64,000 nt of DNA from Pseudovirgaria hyperparasitica (lineage: Eukaryota), in the NCBI GenBank assembly GCA_010093815.1, contig ML996583.1; one strand, written 5' to 3'. The position numbers and the translations under genes are program-made. Positions 1-12,634 of the stretch are shown in pieces. The notes under the pieces are model-generated. The model searched no databases. It was not told the DNA's origin and was given only the letters and a program-made list of their open reading frames with translations. Every line of letters starts with the position of its first letter. Position 1 is the stretch's first letter.

Positions 1-1696
1 AAGGGCAAGAAGTATGGAACTCAGAACCAGTCTTCGAGATATAGAATGCTGATCATAGCAGAATTCTCATCATTCTTGACCTCGAAGTTCTTGAAGAGTA
101 TGGTGAAGTCGACAAGATTGGCGAGCCTGTAGCTCTTGATCCCAAGCCTGGCGAGCAAGTTGAAGCCAAAGCACAACCCAGCGCGATATCTGGTACAAAC
201 TTTTACGGTAACAAGCCAGCCCAACCACCCGTACAGCAACAGCAGCAACCACAGCGATCTTTACCTTCTCATCCGTCTGGGCCTGCGGCAGGCGGGAACA
301 CGAACTTATACCCTATCGAGGCACTGTCGCCGTATGCACACAAGTGGACAATCAAAGCTCGATGCACACACAAGTCAGATATCAAGCATTGGCACAAAAA
401 GACTGGTGAAGGGAAGCTCTTCAGCGTCAACCTCCTAGATGACAGTGGCGAGATCAAGGCTACTGGTTTCAATGAGCAATGCGACGCTCTCTATGATGTC
501 TTTCAAGAAGGTGGCGTCTACTTCATTTCCAGCCCTTGCAGGGTGAACCTGGCAAAGAAGCAATTCTCGAACCTCAACAACGACTATGAGCTAAGCTTCG
601 AGAGAGACACTGCTGTAGAGAAGGCTCAAGAGCAAAGTGATGTGCCACAAGTCAGATTCAATTTTACCAGCATTGGAGATCTTGAGTCGGTCGAAAAGGA
701 AACCACAATCGATACTATCGGAGTCTTAAAGGATGTTGGCGAGGTCAGCGAGATTGTGTCCAAGACTACGAACAAGCCTTACAACAAACGCGAGATTACA
801 CTGGTGGATAATTCCCTGCGATCGGTTCGTATGACGTTATGGAATCAGAGCGCCATCCAGTTCGAGGTGCCGCTTGAGTCGGTGATTGCCTTCAAAGGTG
901 TCAAGGTCTCTGATTTCGGTGGTCGAAGCTTGAGTCTGCTAGCCTCTGGAACCATGAAGGTGGACCCTGATATTGATGAAGCACACAAGCTTAAGGGGTG
1001 GTACGATGCCCAAGGTCGTCAAGACAACTTCCAATCGCACGCTTCTACGATGGGCGCAGGTTCCGGAGGTAACCGTAACGAGTACAAGACAATCGCTCAA
1101 GTCGCTGAAGAGGGCATCGGCATGAACTCGGAGAAAGCTGAGTACTTCAATCTCAAGGCAACCGTTCTCTATGTCCGGAGTGAGAATTTCGCATATCCGG
1201 CATGCTCATCAGGGGACTGTAACAAGAAGGTTGTTGAAGTCGAAGAGAACGAGTGGCGATGTGAGAAGTGCGACAAGTCATTCCCCAAGCCCAACTATCG
1301 TTACGTCCTGAGCTTCAATGTCAGCGATCATACCGGTCAGATGTGGCTGAGCGGTTTCGATGATGCTGGGCGATTGATCATGGGCATGGATGCGAACGAA
1401 CTTATGGAAATCAAGAATGAAGACGAATCGAAAGTAGCCGAATTGTTACAGGATGCCACGTGCAAGACATACAATTTCAGTGTCCGAGCTAGGATGGACA
1501 CATATAATGATCAGCAACGGTGAGTCTCGAATTTACACATCTGCAATGATTCCGAATGGATGGAGACTAATAGTCATCTAGAGTGAGGCATCAGGTCCAA
1601 ACCGCCAGCTCGCTCGACTTCCCCCGTGAGTGTAGTAGGCTCGCAGACATTCTGAAGCAGTACAACCTGAATTCAGACAGCCTTTTTGTCAATTAG
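1..1696 (+). CDS. RFA1: Replication protein A 70-kDa subunit (ssDNA-binding), 5' end outside the window
   Basis: Exons <1-11, 62-1519, 1582-1696 with introns GTATGG..CAG (12-61) and GTGAGT..CTAAT..TAG (1520-1581). The spliced frame reads KGKKILIILDLEVLEEYGEVDKIGEP, then OB folds, and a C4 zinc finger YPAC..CNKKV..WRCEKC. Stop TAG at 1694-1696. Confidence 0.97.
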
Positions 1697-2212
1697 GATG
1701 TACAGAACTGACGGGACAAATTCACGGCTATCATGGCATATTAGCGTTATTTGCGACGTGTTTGAGAGTAACAGGACGACCTGTAGCGAAATACTTCATC
1801 AGCAGACAGGAGTTGCTAAGCAGGCAATATTCCTGGTACGTACAACAAACTCCCTACATACAGAGGCACTACAGTGACTCTTCCTGATTGCAAGCGGAAA
1901 TGGCATTCCTTATTTAGAATGATGACCAAGATCCGGCTTGCACTGCATATGCTCCTGTCCAATGTCGTTCCGTGACATATTCCTGAGGGCGTCTCGGATG
2001 ATCGGGCTCACTAATAACAATAGCTCCTGTTTCGGAGGTCTATCCCAGATGAAATTGAACCTATCCAATTGTCCAACTGCCCCGCATGCCCCACTATACT
2101 GCCATTCCAGCCGTCATAACCTCGTCGAATGCTGCCATATACATATCAGCTGCCGAGCAATGCCAAAGCATTCTCTTCTCCATTCTTTACCTTTCCCAAT
2201 TGACACTTCCAG

Positions 2213-3458
2213 ATGTCTCCAACGATGCGCGCAGTCGGTAAGTTTAGCTTTGATGCCTACATCCTCCATTACATTTCACTACAACAAGCCTCTCCACTGA
2301 CATTCCCCTCCCAGAAATTAAGAATGGCAAAGGCAATGCCGACAGCCTGTATCACACCGATGTGCCCAAGCCCACGCCAAAGGGCTCCGAAGCTCTCGTG
2401 AAGATCAAGGCTTTTGGGCTCAATCGCATGGACCTGCTCCAGCGCGAGGGCCAATACCCGGTTCCGCCTCAGGCCAGCAAGATCCTCGGTGTGGAATTCT
2501 CGGGCGTGATTGAGAGTTTCGGGGGGGATGCGGAGCGAGGTTTCAAGGTTGGTGATGAGGTTTTTGGACTCGCTTATGGAGGTAGGTGTTTGTGTTGTTT
2601 GTTTGTTTGTGTTTGCAAGGAGTGCTGTTGCTGTGTATATGGATAGAGAGGATGCTGAGATTTAGTGAAGGGGCTTATGCTGAATACATCGCTGTGTCGA
2701 CGCACATGCTGGTACACAAGCCTAAAGAGCTCTCGTGGGAGGAGTGTGCTGGTATTCCAGAGGTAAGAGAAACCGTTCATTTCATCCGTCATACATGATA
2801 GATCTCGGCTGACCCATCATCTCCACAGACCTGGATAACAGCAACCCAAGCAATCTACCTTATCGGCCAGTACAAGCCCGGCGACTCGATCCTCTGGCAC
2901 GCGGGCGGGTCCTCAGTCTCACTCTCCGGGATCCAGCTCTCCCACGCCGATTCTCCGTCCGGTGTCTTCGCTACCACGCGGTCCGACGAGAAGAACGATT
3001 TCCTCGTCAAGGAACTAGGCGTCAAGGCTGCCTTCAACACGAAGACGTCGCTGGACTGGGCAGACGAGGTGCTCAAGGCAACGGATGGCAAGGGCGTAGA
3101 CATCATTGTCGACTTCATCGGCGCGGACACGTTCGGACCGAACCTGAAGGCGATTGCAAAGGACGGCCGGATCGTCATGCTGGGCTTCATGAGCGGTGCC
3201 GAGATCCCAGCGGGTGTCAGTCTGGGTCCGTTCATCGCGAAGAGGATCAGGTATGAAGGGAGTAGCCTGAGGAGTAGGGACGAGGAGTATCAGGGCAAGC
3301 TCCGGGATCAGCTTGTTGAGCATGCGCTGCCGCGGTTCAAGGACAAGCGGTTCAAGGTGTTTGTCGAGAAGGTGTTCAAGTGGGAGGACGTCATTGATGC
3401 GCACAAGTTGATGGAGAGCAATCAGACAAAGGGAAAGATTATCTGTACGATTAGTTGA
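2213..3458 (+). CDS. NADPH:quinone oxidoreductase, PIG3/zeta-crystallin-like MDR family
   Basis: Exons 2213-2237, 2315-2581, 2671-2762, 2829-3458 joined by canonical introns. Motifs VKIKAFGLNRMDLLQREGQYP, ILGVEFSG, GGAYAEY, WHAGGSSVS, GVDIIVDFIG, AHKLMESNQTKGKII. Confidence 0.93.
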
Positions 3459-4154
3459 GGTACCCCGATTTGCATGCGGTTGGGATAAGCTTTGCCAAGA
3501 TCTTGTTCATGGCATGGCTTATGACTTCAGGTGCTCCGGTTATCCGCATGTATGCACCCTACGTCGGACCTGTGCATATTTCTGCTGCATATATCATGGT
3601 TCGATGTACAACACTTACGAATTCGCACACTACTGAGACTACTACCCTCACCGAATGTCTATTCAAGGGGTCCCACCCCCCTTTCCCCCTTATATACACA
3701 TCTATCGCCTACATTCACGCTGATTCTGTATATTCGGTGGACTTAACGGACCTGTTAAGAAATCATAGAAGAACACCTGACAGTCCTCTCACTCCTCCAA
3801 CAACAAAAGTAGCAGACAACAGCAGAGCATCATGCACTTACGTAGTCCACGTTGTCTAGAACAGACAATCCGAGGTTTGAAGGTTGTAGCATGTGAGGTT
3901 TCCAGGGGGGGGAAGGATATGTTAGTAAGACAGTGTGATACACTAGGCACTGGGCTCCTGCTGTTCACACAGTGCACTCATCACCATCTATATCAGCAGG
4001 GCTCGAAGATGGAAGGTGTGTGTAGGTCTGAGGACAGCCAGCCGTCGCTCAAGAATTTGTGATTAACTAATGATCCGCTCCCACCCACTTACTCACACTC
4101 GCCATGATGGACCATAAGCCAGCACTATGAATGAATACATGTCCAGTCATTCAT

Positions 4155-4556
4155 CTACTGATCCTCCGGGGTTGGCAGAATAGGACGTCTCGCCAACAGT
4201 AGCGGAAAATTCTGTTGGAGCCACATGTGAATGTTATTTCGAAAGATCTCCGCTTCCCGCAAACCATATGGGTGATCCCTCAATTCCGGTGAAAGCAGGG
4301 TGACAACGTTGTAATAGCGATTTTGAAGATACCCATGCATGCTCAGGAAGTTAAATATGTGTGACTGGACGTCTACCAAATCGAAATTATTGGGCAGGCG
4401 GTCAAAGCTGAGGTTGAAAACCAAAGTCTGTACTTGGGGTGTTGGCTGACCACTCGTTTCGACTTCGGCTCTTGCTGGATAACCCAGATGCGACGCATTT
4501 CTGAGTGCAATCCACATCATATAAGTGTCTGGTGGAAAGAGTGGACTGTTGCTCAT
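4155..4556 (-). CDS. Hypothetical protein, 133 aa
   Basis: ATG-initiated single ORF with protein-like composition and a pyrimidine-rich upstream region. No recognisable motif. Confidence 0.45.
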   Translation of the reverse strand: MSNSPLFPPDTYMMWIALRNASHLGYPARAEVETSGQPTPQVQTLVFNLSFDRLPNNFDLVDVQSHIFNFLSMHGYLQNRYYNVVTLLSPELRDHPYGLREAEIFRNNIHMWLQQNFPLLLARRPILPTPEDQ

Positions 4557-5276
4557 GGCTGGGTCTCGGGGTAATGGACTTTGGTAAATGTATAGGGCGA
4601 GAGATGTGTAGGAATGGCGATGTTTTGGACCGCTGGCGGGGGCTGGAGTGATATATTGAAGGTTGAGTATTGGTGAGGTCTATCGTCTTATTGTGAGACT
4701 GCGTTGTATATGGAAGACGGTGGAGGCACCTCTTAAGTATTTGGATACAGTCTTGTGAATAACCGTGTAATGCCATCCACGAGCAGTCATGTCCACGGTC
4801 CTGAGACATGCACTACATTCAAAAGCCACGTACCGGACAGTCGCTAATTCACCGTGGCGTCAAGCGTCACATTCCGACATTGAACAGCTGTGGTATCTTA
4901 ATGATAATGAGAAATAGATATACATTATAAGATTTCACAGCTCCTTTGGTTAGGACAGCATATATTACTGTCGTCTTCTTCACCGGCTTCGAGCTTTGGA
5001 ATGGACGGAACTTTCGAGCAAGCCCTCACAACTCAGGCTCAAATATTGAATACGATTCGCTTAAGTTGTGCAACTCTTGTTATGAAGAAAGAGTAACGGT
5101 TTCACCTATCGTAAACAAATGTACGAGCGAAGTCACAGCCATTGAAAGAAGATTTTGAGCTATGGTTGTATTCATAGTTCTCCCTTAGTCATTACTGCTC
5201 GTCATGATCCTGATATGCGTCCACAATTCTTATCGACCTCGTCCAATCACACCACACTATCCCATCCATCATCTAT

Positions 5277-6093
5277 TTACAAGTGACTCTTGATGAAGTC
5301 CTCGAGAACACCAGTGTTGGCATAGACACCCACAAAGCCTGGCCGAGCACAGCCTTGACCCCACGACACAACACCAACAAGCGTCTTGCTCGCATCGAAG
5401 AGAGGACCACCGCTGTCGCCCTGGCACGAGTCCTTGCCACCTTCCGTGGGCCCGGCACACAACATAGTGTTACTGATTTTTGCGTCGCCGTACTCGGCCT
5501 TGCACTCCCCAGGAGAGATGACTGGCAAATCGACCTTCCGCAGGCTCTCAGGGGCGCCACTGACGCCTTCCTTAGTCGTACCCCAACCAGCAACAGTCAC
5601 GGTTGACCCAGTCGCAGGAGAGGAACCCGCTTCAGGGAGCGAGGCGTAGGCGATACCTTCGATCGGGGTTGAGAGTTTCCAGATTGCGACATCTGAGTCA
5701 AGCTTGATGGCCTTGCTATATGCGGGATGAACGATGATCTCAGAGACTTCAGAGGTGACACCGCCGGAAGCCCATTTCTTTGAAGCAAGTTAGCCTTGTA
5801 AGACTTTGGAATAACAAGAGTGTAGGTTGAAGACGTACAAGGGATCCTGCGCGGACTGTGATGCCGCTGGGGCTCTGTTGGGAGCAGTGAGCTGCTGTGA
5901 GTACGGTGTTGGCATTCAACAGAGAGCCACCACAGAAGTGCGTGCCGCTTTTCTGTAGAGAGACTATGAACGGAACGTCGCCTTCAGCAGCGGCCTCACC
6001 GCCGACAATCTGGACTGATACTTGAGGGGCGGGGAAAGCTGCGGCGATGGCAGGCAACAGAAGAGCTGCGGTGCGGGTGATAGTAGAAACCAT
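5277..6093 (-). CDS. Secreted trypsin (S1A serine protease), 251 aa
   Basis: Exons 6093-5839 and 5777-5277; intron 5838-5778 reads GTACGT..GCTAAC..AAG. Signal peptide and short propeptide, mature N-terminus IVGG, catalytic triad LTAAHC / DSDVAI / GDSGGP, and S1-pocket Asp in KDSCQ. Confidence 0.97.
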
Positions 6094-9000
6094 GATGGCA
6101 CCTGGGAGTGAAATATGATTCCGAAGGGGAGAGTTGCGTTTGAGGCTAGTGTGGTCCTGGAGCTGAGTCCTTTCAATGTTGAGGAGGGCGCTGAGGTGCC
6201 TTTTACTAGATTTGAGGCGTCTTCGAAGCCGTATTTATATCTGTACCAAAAGCACAGCCTTCCGACGTCGGATATACTACACACGACGGCCATCTTAGAG
6301 TTCAATCTCCCCCTTGCTTACTCTAGCTGAGACGAAATTGAAGACTTGTTTTCAGGTACCATAAAATGCACGACAGGCGCAGCCAGCCCTGGCTTTGCTT
6401 CCTGTCACCGGGCGCATGGTGTTGCCAAGCTGTATCTTCCCTGTCCATATCCGGTAGATCAACGTCGACGCCGCCAGAAGTAGGCAGGTCCCACTGCCAT
6501 GTCACAATAACATATGGCTACATTTCTGGGAACCAGGACCGCGAAATGGGGGTGGGTCAACTAATGATAAGCCTGTGAGAGAGCTTGTCCAGTGGGCATG
6601 CGTGCCCGCGCGTACCAAGTGTTCAAGCATTGATTCATGATCTATGAATCTAGGCGACGGCGTCTACATGCGCCCTGTGCGTCCTGCAATCTCTTCGTCA
6701 TGTGGCTGCAAATGGTGTTTTTCGTCGTCGCGGTTGGGACGCCCGAGCGGCGAATTACCCAATGTGGTAGGTAAATAAGACACAAGCACCGCAGTGACAT
6801 TCCAAGCGGTAACGTAAAAAATGATCTACCAGATCAACAACCTGCATAGGGCAAGTCACTGCGTGTGCAAGATTCTAGGCGATAAGGATGGAAGAAGGAT
6901 TCGAAGACAAGCATAAAGATACTTAGGAGATGACTGGACGAGGCTCTACTACTCCACAGAACCGTAATGTCGTGCGACTGTGGCACAGATCTTGCATCCA
7001 TGAACACGAGGTCTTACTGTGTAGAACCTAATATTCCCCTGCCTGCGGCACTCGACATATTTGGGTTGTCTTAGTTAAATTCCAACAGACTTTGGAACGA
7101 TTATGTTCTGGCTCAACTGCGCCGGTACCTCGCATTATCGCCTGCCGTGTCTGGTAATGTGCTCAAACATTAGTTGGCAATAGCACGTGTCTCTGATAAA
7201 GTAGCGTTGTATAGTAGATAGCATACTAAACCCTATATCCGCACGATCGGCCATCTATAGCGATGCATGATGGACCGTAGACGGATAGATGCCCCTCGAC
7301 GCTGATATCGGCTTGCCCGACAAGTGGATCTTAGAAAGTAGTCCGGTCCAATCACTCTATGCGCTGTATTATGCTCTATATCTCTCGTAAAATGGTATCA
7401 TCGACAACGATAATGGAGTAACCTTCTCGAAGCCTGTTGATAACAAGAATGAAGACGCACTTTGCGCCGACCGGAATCCGCCCCCCACGCATTGCAACTG
7501 TCGACATGAGTACTCCTCTAGGAAGGACACGATGTTGCAGGTACATCAACTATTATGCCTGTGTGTTGTGTACGAGGGTGCTCAGCGATGCTCGAGTGGA
7601 ATGTATGGAATGTATACCGAGCTCTGGCACGTAAAGTGGTCTGATCTTTTAATGCATAGCAGTGCCTCTATCCGATGCGCGTACAGTTGACCTCTTAGCA
7701 TCCTTGTGAGTATCACCTGCAGGGCAGGCTCCTATGCTTCCTCCTCTTCTCGACCATCTGCTCTCTTAAGTATTCAATCATCGAGTCTTGCCATACGGAG
7801 CGGGGCCAATGCACGAAGACACCGCGACCAGATACGGGTCTTGTTGCGTCATTCGGTACCAAAAGCTCTGTACGAGCATGTCTGCGCAACACGAATACAC
7901 GCGACTGTGTGATTTTTGTTGTAGCAATCTTTGCTAGGTCAAGGCTGCCAAGCGTGTCTTTCGCGTCGAGATACAGTCTATCCGCTCGGTCGTGGGGCTG
8001 TACAATAGCTGTGAACGCTCTTGTAGATACTTGAGAAAGAACAAGGTGGTGATGCGTTACAACTCTTGACGATCTAGGGATGAGGCGCGTGTGAAGCTTG
8101 GACGTATTACAGCAAAAGGGCTGTTTTAAGGTCCGTCCGCCCTTAACATCCATGGATGGTCAGTGTAACTCTTGGCATGCGTCAATATAACTATCTATAT
8201 CTTTTCCCCTAAACTCTTCTAATATTCTTATGTGAACAAATATACTTCTGAATATAGTTTTGCTTCGCATATCTAGAGAAAGAAGTATAAGAGAAAACCA
8301 TAAACAAGATATTCTTAACAAGACTCTTTTAAAAATTTGAAGAGAAGATTGAGAATATGGTATAGATTTCTCTATTATTACTTGTTGTTTTTGAGATCTT
8401 CTAAAAGTACTTCTAGATCGTAACAGGTAGTATAAGCCCGTCAAGAAAATACACCAATAATGATAAACTATGTTGACAGGTGTGTTGCTCGCTATACTTG
8501 GAACAGCCACCGGATCCTGTGGATTGGCCTGCTACACAAATGAATAGACACTGATACGCGTCGCTCCACTCTCCACGAGCCTCTGCTTAACCGACTTCAT
8601 TATTCTTGACCTCTGAAATGCGCCTATGTATCCCCAACGCAGGCCTTGTCATACTGCCTCACACATCGCGGTGTCTGCGAGACGGGAACCGTGATGAGTA
8701 TGATACCTACTCGACTCCATACCACATCAAGATTCTTCGCGTGCATATCCTGGCTTTCGTGATTACTTTGTACCTCTTATATCATTCTCTCTCGACCTCC
8801 TTGACTATATCTTGGTTAGTCTATGCATGCTAAACGTATAGCAATGGGCACAACACTCTGAACTATACTCTTGGAGTATGTGCTTCTTGTCATGTTATAG
8901 TGAATCCAGCTCTAGCGGGTATATAGCCCGAGAAGATCTTCGCACTAATCTGTCATCGCGACACCGTGATGCAGGCCAGTCGATTAAGTGATTTGAGCGT

Positions 9001-9458
9001 TATTTAGATCGATGATGCCAATGGGATAATGTAGCTGGTAAGGCACTTCCTCTTGGAGGACATGTCGATGCTGCGTGAGATATGCCTCAGGTCGGATGGG
9101 CGTGAACGTGAGAAGTGTTTACAGTGTAGCCGTCGCTGTATAACCATCACTGTCCGTGAGGCCTGAAGGGCACATGCAGCGATAGCTCGGGTGTTCCGAG
9201 GGCTGAGGCCTTGAATGAGGCCGGATTCAGGAAACATGATGCAGTGAAGTCATTTTATCGAAGCTAGTCAATGGTGCCAGTATAGAGCCAAAGCATCCCC
9301 ATCTGTATATAGTTGCGACTTTGTCGGACTCGAGTGTCCGAAGCTGTGTAAAGCTTTGACACAGGGTTTCATCGTGGCATTCACAAGACCCTCTTGACAG
9401 ATACAGGCTGATAGTTGTGACCCGTGTAATTAACGAGAGGAGAACTTATGATATGGTC

Positions 9459-11096
9459 TCAACCACCTGCCTCTAAGTCCTCTCGACTCAAGCCCTTGAA
9501 CTCCGGCCAGAACACCGTCGCAATATCGTCGCCGTCCAAAAATGTCCAGCTCATCTCTGCAAACCACATGTTAGCCGTGGAGAGATTCGCTTCAACGTCT
9601 CTGAGATTATCTTCATCGCTCAAATCCAGCCGCGCGAAATTATAGCCAGGTGTTTCGCGCGCGATAAGGTGTCCATTCTCGACCCGATGCCAGTATTTGA
9701 TATCGTCAGCGAACAACAGATACGGGGGGTCTTCTCCGTCGTGCTCGTCGCTGCCCAATGACATACGCTCGTCCCATGGTGCGTCGCGGACCCTGGGCCA
9801 CCACGTCATTAGGCTCTTGAGCGCATGCTTGTCGATGGCACCAAAGTAGTTTGGCGGCTTAGAGTATTTGCGGAATGCCGGAGAGTCAAAGTATGCGAGC
9901 AGCGACTCCATGCTGTCGTTTTCGAGAGCCAGCTCAATGAACTGCCCGGCGCTGCCTTCGATTCTGAGCAGCGACTTCAGGGCGCGCAGCTCGAGTGCTG
10001 TGACGGGGCAGATGATGAAGACGAGGAACTCTGCTCCGCTTCGTCCGCCGTAGATGGGCACCGACGGTGGGGCGATGGACGTGTATGGATAAGATGCCTC
10101 GGCGCGTGACCATTCTCTGTAAGGTGCTCTATCGAACGCCCAGTTGACCTCAACGCCGTTGACAGAGCCGCGCTTGGGCGGAGGATTCCATATCATATGC
10201 CAAGTCTCTCTAACGTGTTGTGCGCCCCGGAAGCAACCTGTGATGAGCTGAAGGTCGTAGATGCGGTCGAAGTCATTGTCATTTGAGATTTGCTGCTTGA
10301 TGTAGAAGACTATGGGCTCGCGTTTCGGGCCTTCGATAAATTCTGTGTCGATGAAGAGCACAAACGTCTCCCCGCAGGGCGAGATCATCGGGGGCTTGAC
10401 GTGTTGGAAGATGTTGTAGGTTTCGGTGTGAGAGGCCGGAGTATCGTGTGGCCAGTTGTATATTACAATCTCGTGATTTGCATCGTTCATGAGTGCTCTG
10501 AGTTTGACAATTTCGTCGTCAGTGAGCTTGACTAGGGAGAAAAGTGTGATGACCTTCTCGTCGAGTCGAATGTCAGATGGGATATGTGCAGGCAGAGGTC
10601 CAACAACGTCAGGGGTATCGTGAGTCAAAGAAGGTCTACTGCCAACATCGACTACGGAATACGAGTAAGAGGAAAACAATTGGTCCAAGGTAGATTTCCA
10701 GGGCTCTTTTTTCAGAAGCACGGCAACTGCAGCGTCAAATGCAGCACTCACACACCCATAGCGATCAGAGTTCTGTGCTGGGTGAACAACATAGAGACGT
10801 TTAGTCTCACGGAAATCGCTTGTTGCGACCAAGAACCAATCGCCGGTATCTGGTTCCAGATTCAGGACCATAGACTTGACATCCGCGACAGTAGGTTCAT
10901 AATTCCGTATCCAGGGCACACCATGAATAGTCTTCTTCGCCAGCCCAGGATCATCCGTAGTCAAGCTCTCCACGATAGCATTAAGTTCATGTTCAAAATC
11001 CTTGCGATCGTCGGCATCGTTGCGCACAAACCAAAGCAAGGGAATGTGCTCTGGATGATATTGGAGAACGATCCGGGGATATCGTTTCTCAGCCAT
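9459..11096 (-). CDS. Hypothetical protein, 545 aa, single exon; C-terminal NLSTANMWFAEM motif reminiscent of DUF6924
   Basis: Long uninterrupted ATG ORF with coding-like GC content. The domain call is recalled similarity only. Confidence 0.8.
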   Translation of the reverse strand: MAEKRYPRIVLQYHPEHIPLLWFVRNDADDRKDFEHELNAIVESLTTDDPGLAKKTIHGVPWIRNYEPTVADVKSMVLNLEPDTGDWFLVATSDFRETKRLYVVHPAQNSDRYGCVSAAFDAAVAVLLKKEPWKSTLDQLFSSYSYSVVDVGSRPSLTHDTPDVVGPLPAHIPSDIRLDEKVITLFSLVKLTDDEIVKLRALMNDANHEIVIYNWPHDTPASHTETYNIFQHVKPPMISPCGETFVLFIDTEFIEGPKREPIVFYIKQQISNDNDFDRIYDLQLITGCFRGAQHVRETWHMIWNPPPKRGSVNGVEVNWAFDRAPYREWSRAEASYPYTSIAPPSVPIYGGRSGAEFLVFIICPVTALELRALKSLLRIEGSAGQFIELALENDSMESLLAYFDSPAFRKYSKPPNYFGAIDKHALKSLMTWWPRVRDAPWDERMSLGSDEHDGEDPPYLLFADDIKYWHRVENGHLIARETPGYNFARLDLSDEDNLRDVEANLSTANMWFAEMSWTFLDGDDIATVFWPEFKGLSREDLEAGG

Positions 11097-11911
11097 TTTG
11101 CAGCGCGACAGTCAAGAAGTGAAATGATCGGTGAGTGTAAGATGAGTCGTGTTCAGACATGGCCCAGTTTGAGTAGAAGATATAGTGGTCCACTACTTAA
11201 TTACTGCTTTGCAGCCTAGAACGCGTCGCGAGCCGTGATGTTGGCTTTTCGGTTGGCGTTTATAAGCCTCAGGCATCAACTTACTGAAGTCAAGAATTTC
11301 ACCTCAAATAGTTTCGATTTTTACGATTCATCGGCGCCCTACGACTAGGCGCCACTATTGAATATCAAATATAGAGCTTCAATTTAAGCTCTGTCTAATT
11401 TCACGTATCACACTAATCAAGGCCTTGCAAGGCTGTGCCACATCCACTAACGAGCATTCCAGCGACAAGGCACAGTCATGCCGAGAGGTAGACCAGGTTC
11501 AAGGATCCATATATATATACAGACCTGGTGCACAGTCGTAGTGGCATGCTTGTTTACCGCCAGTCGCTGAGTCGAAGAAGCACAACGCGCTGCTACGATG
11601 CCCTGGCAGAACGAGGTAAAGAGAAGCATCGACTGATTTTAGGTTTCACATCGCGCCGCCAATGCATAATATGGAAAGGCTGCAGGATCCTCGTACATAT
11701 CTAAAAACGATAGGGATGACTGTGCCGTATAAGGCACGCTGTGTAATATGAGCACGGCGACGTTTGGTAAATGAAATATGGACATGTCAACATCGCCTCC
11801 TTCACGTCTTACGTTGTCGAAATAGACTACATCTGTTCCGAGTACAAAATTACACAGCTTTTTCTGCATCCATACATACACACACATACATATGCATATA
11901 CTATTTTCCCC

Positions 11912-12634
11912 ATGTGGTATCTCATAGTGTCCAATTTGCTACTAAGCCATGTCGCGGCAGACATCGTCAACTTCATCCAGCCCTCTTCCAGCTCTATATG
12001 GAAGCTCGACAGCCATGAAACAATCGAATTCACAACCGCGCTATCCGACTACACAATCTTGCTCGTCCAACACAACCAACAGAGCAATACCACGCTTTCC
12101 CATCCCATCGCAACCTCAGGTCAGGCAGTCCCTTGTCCACAAACCCTCTCATGTCCCATCCCCTAGACTAACCGGCTCGCAGGTAATGTTACTACCGACG
12201 GCTCGATGCACACGTACCCATGGACTGTCCAGCGCTACTCCTTTGACCTCTCCGTGTCACCTAAATTCCTCATCCATGTAGGAGCGGATGGAGATGATAT
12301 TGAAGATACCTCGCCCCGCTTCACCATCGCCCAAGCCGATTCTACGACGTCGACGGACACGCCTGTCTCGAACTTGGGTGTATATGTTGAAGCTACTGCG
12401 CTTTCCAAATCGACGAGGAGGAAGGGGCCTGCGCCATGGAAGTTTGGGGTGGGGTTCGGGGTTCTGTTGGCTGCTCTGGTGGGATTGATGTGTTTTTGCT
12501 ATCCATGCTGGAGGAAGGGAGTGGCGGAGAAGAAGGAGGTAGCTATTGTTGGTGATGATGACAAAGAGAAAGGGTTACCGGGACATGAGGAGACTGTTAC
12601 AGTGAAAGGGAGACGGTACAGTAGTGAGTCGTGA
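11912..12634 (+). CDS. Predicted single-pass type I membrane protein (signal peptide, small ectodomain, TM helix, charged tail)
   Basis: Exons 11912-12119 and 12183-12634. Intron 12120-12182 (GTCAGG..ACTAAC..CAG) joins two track ORFs in frame. N-terminus MWYLIVSNLLLSHVAA; TM segment FGVGFGVLLAALVGLMCFCYPCW. Confidence 0.8.

Noticed and set aside
3455..4062. Short ORFs downstream of the quinone oxidoreductase
   Set aside because: Non-ATG or overlapping starts in probable UTR/intergenic DNA; no motifs.
10584..11219. 211-aa plus-strand ORF
   Set aside because: Antisense shadow of the 545-aa gene, with a non-ATG start.
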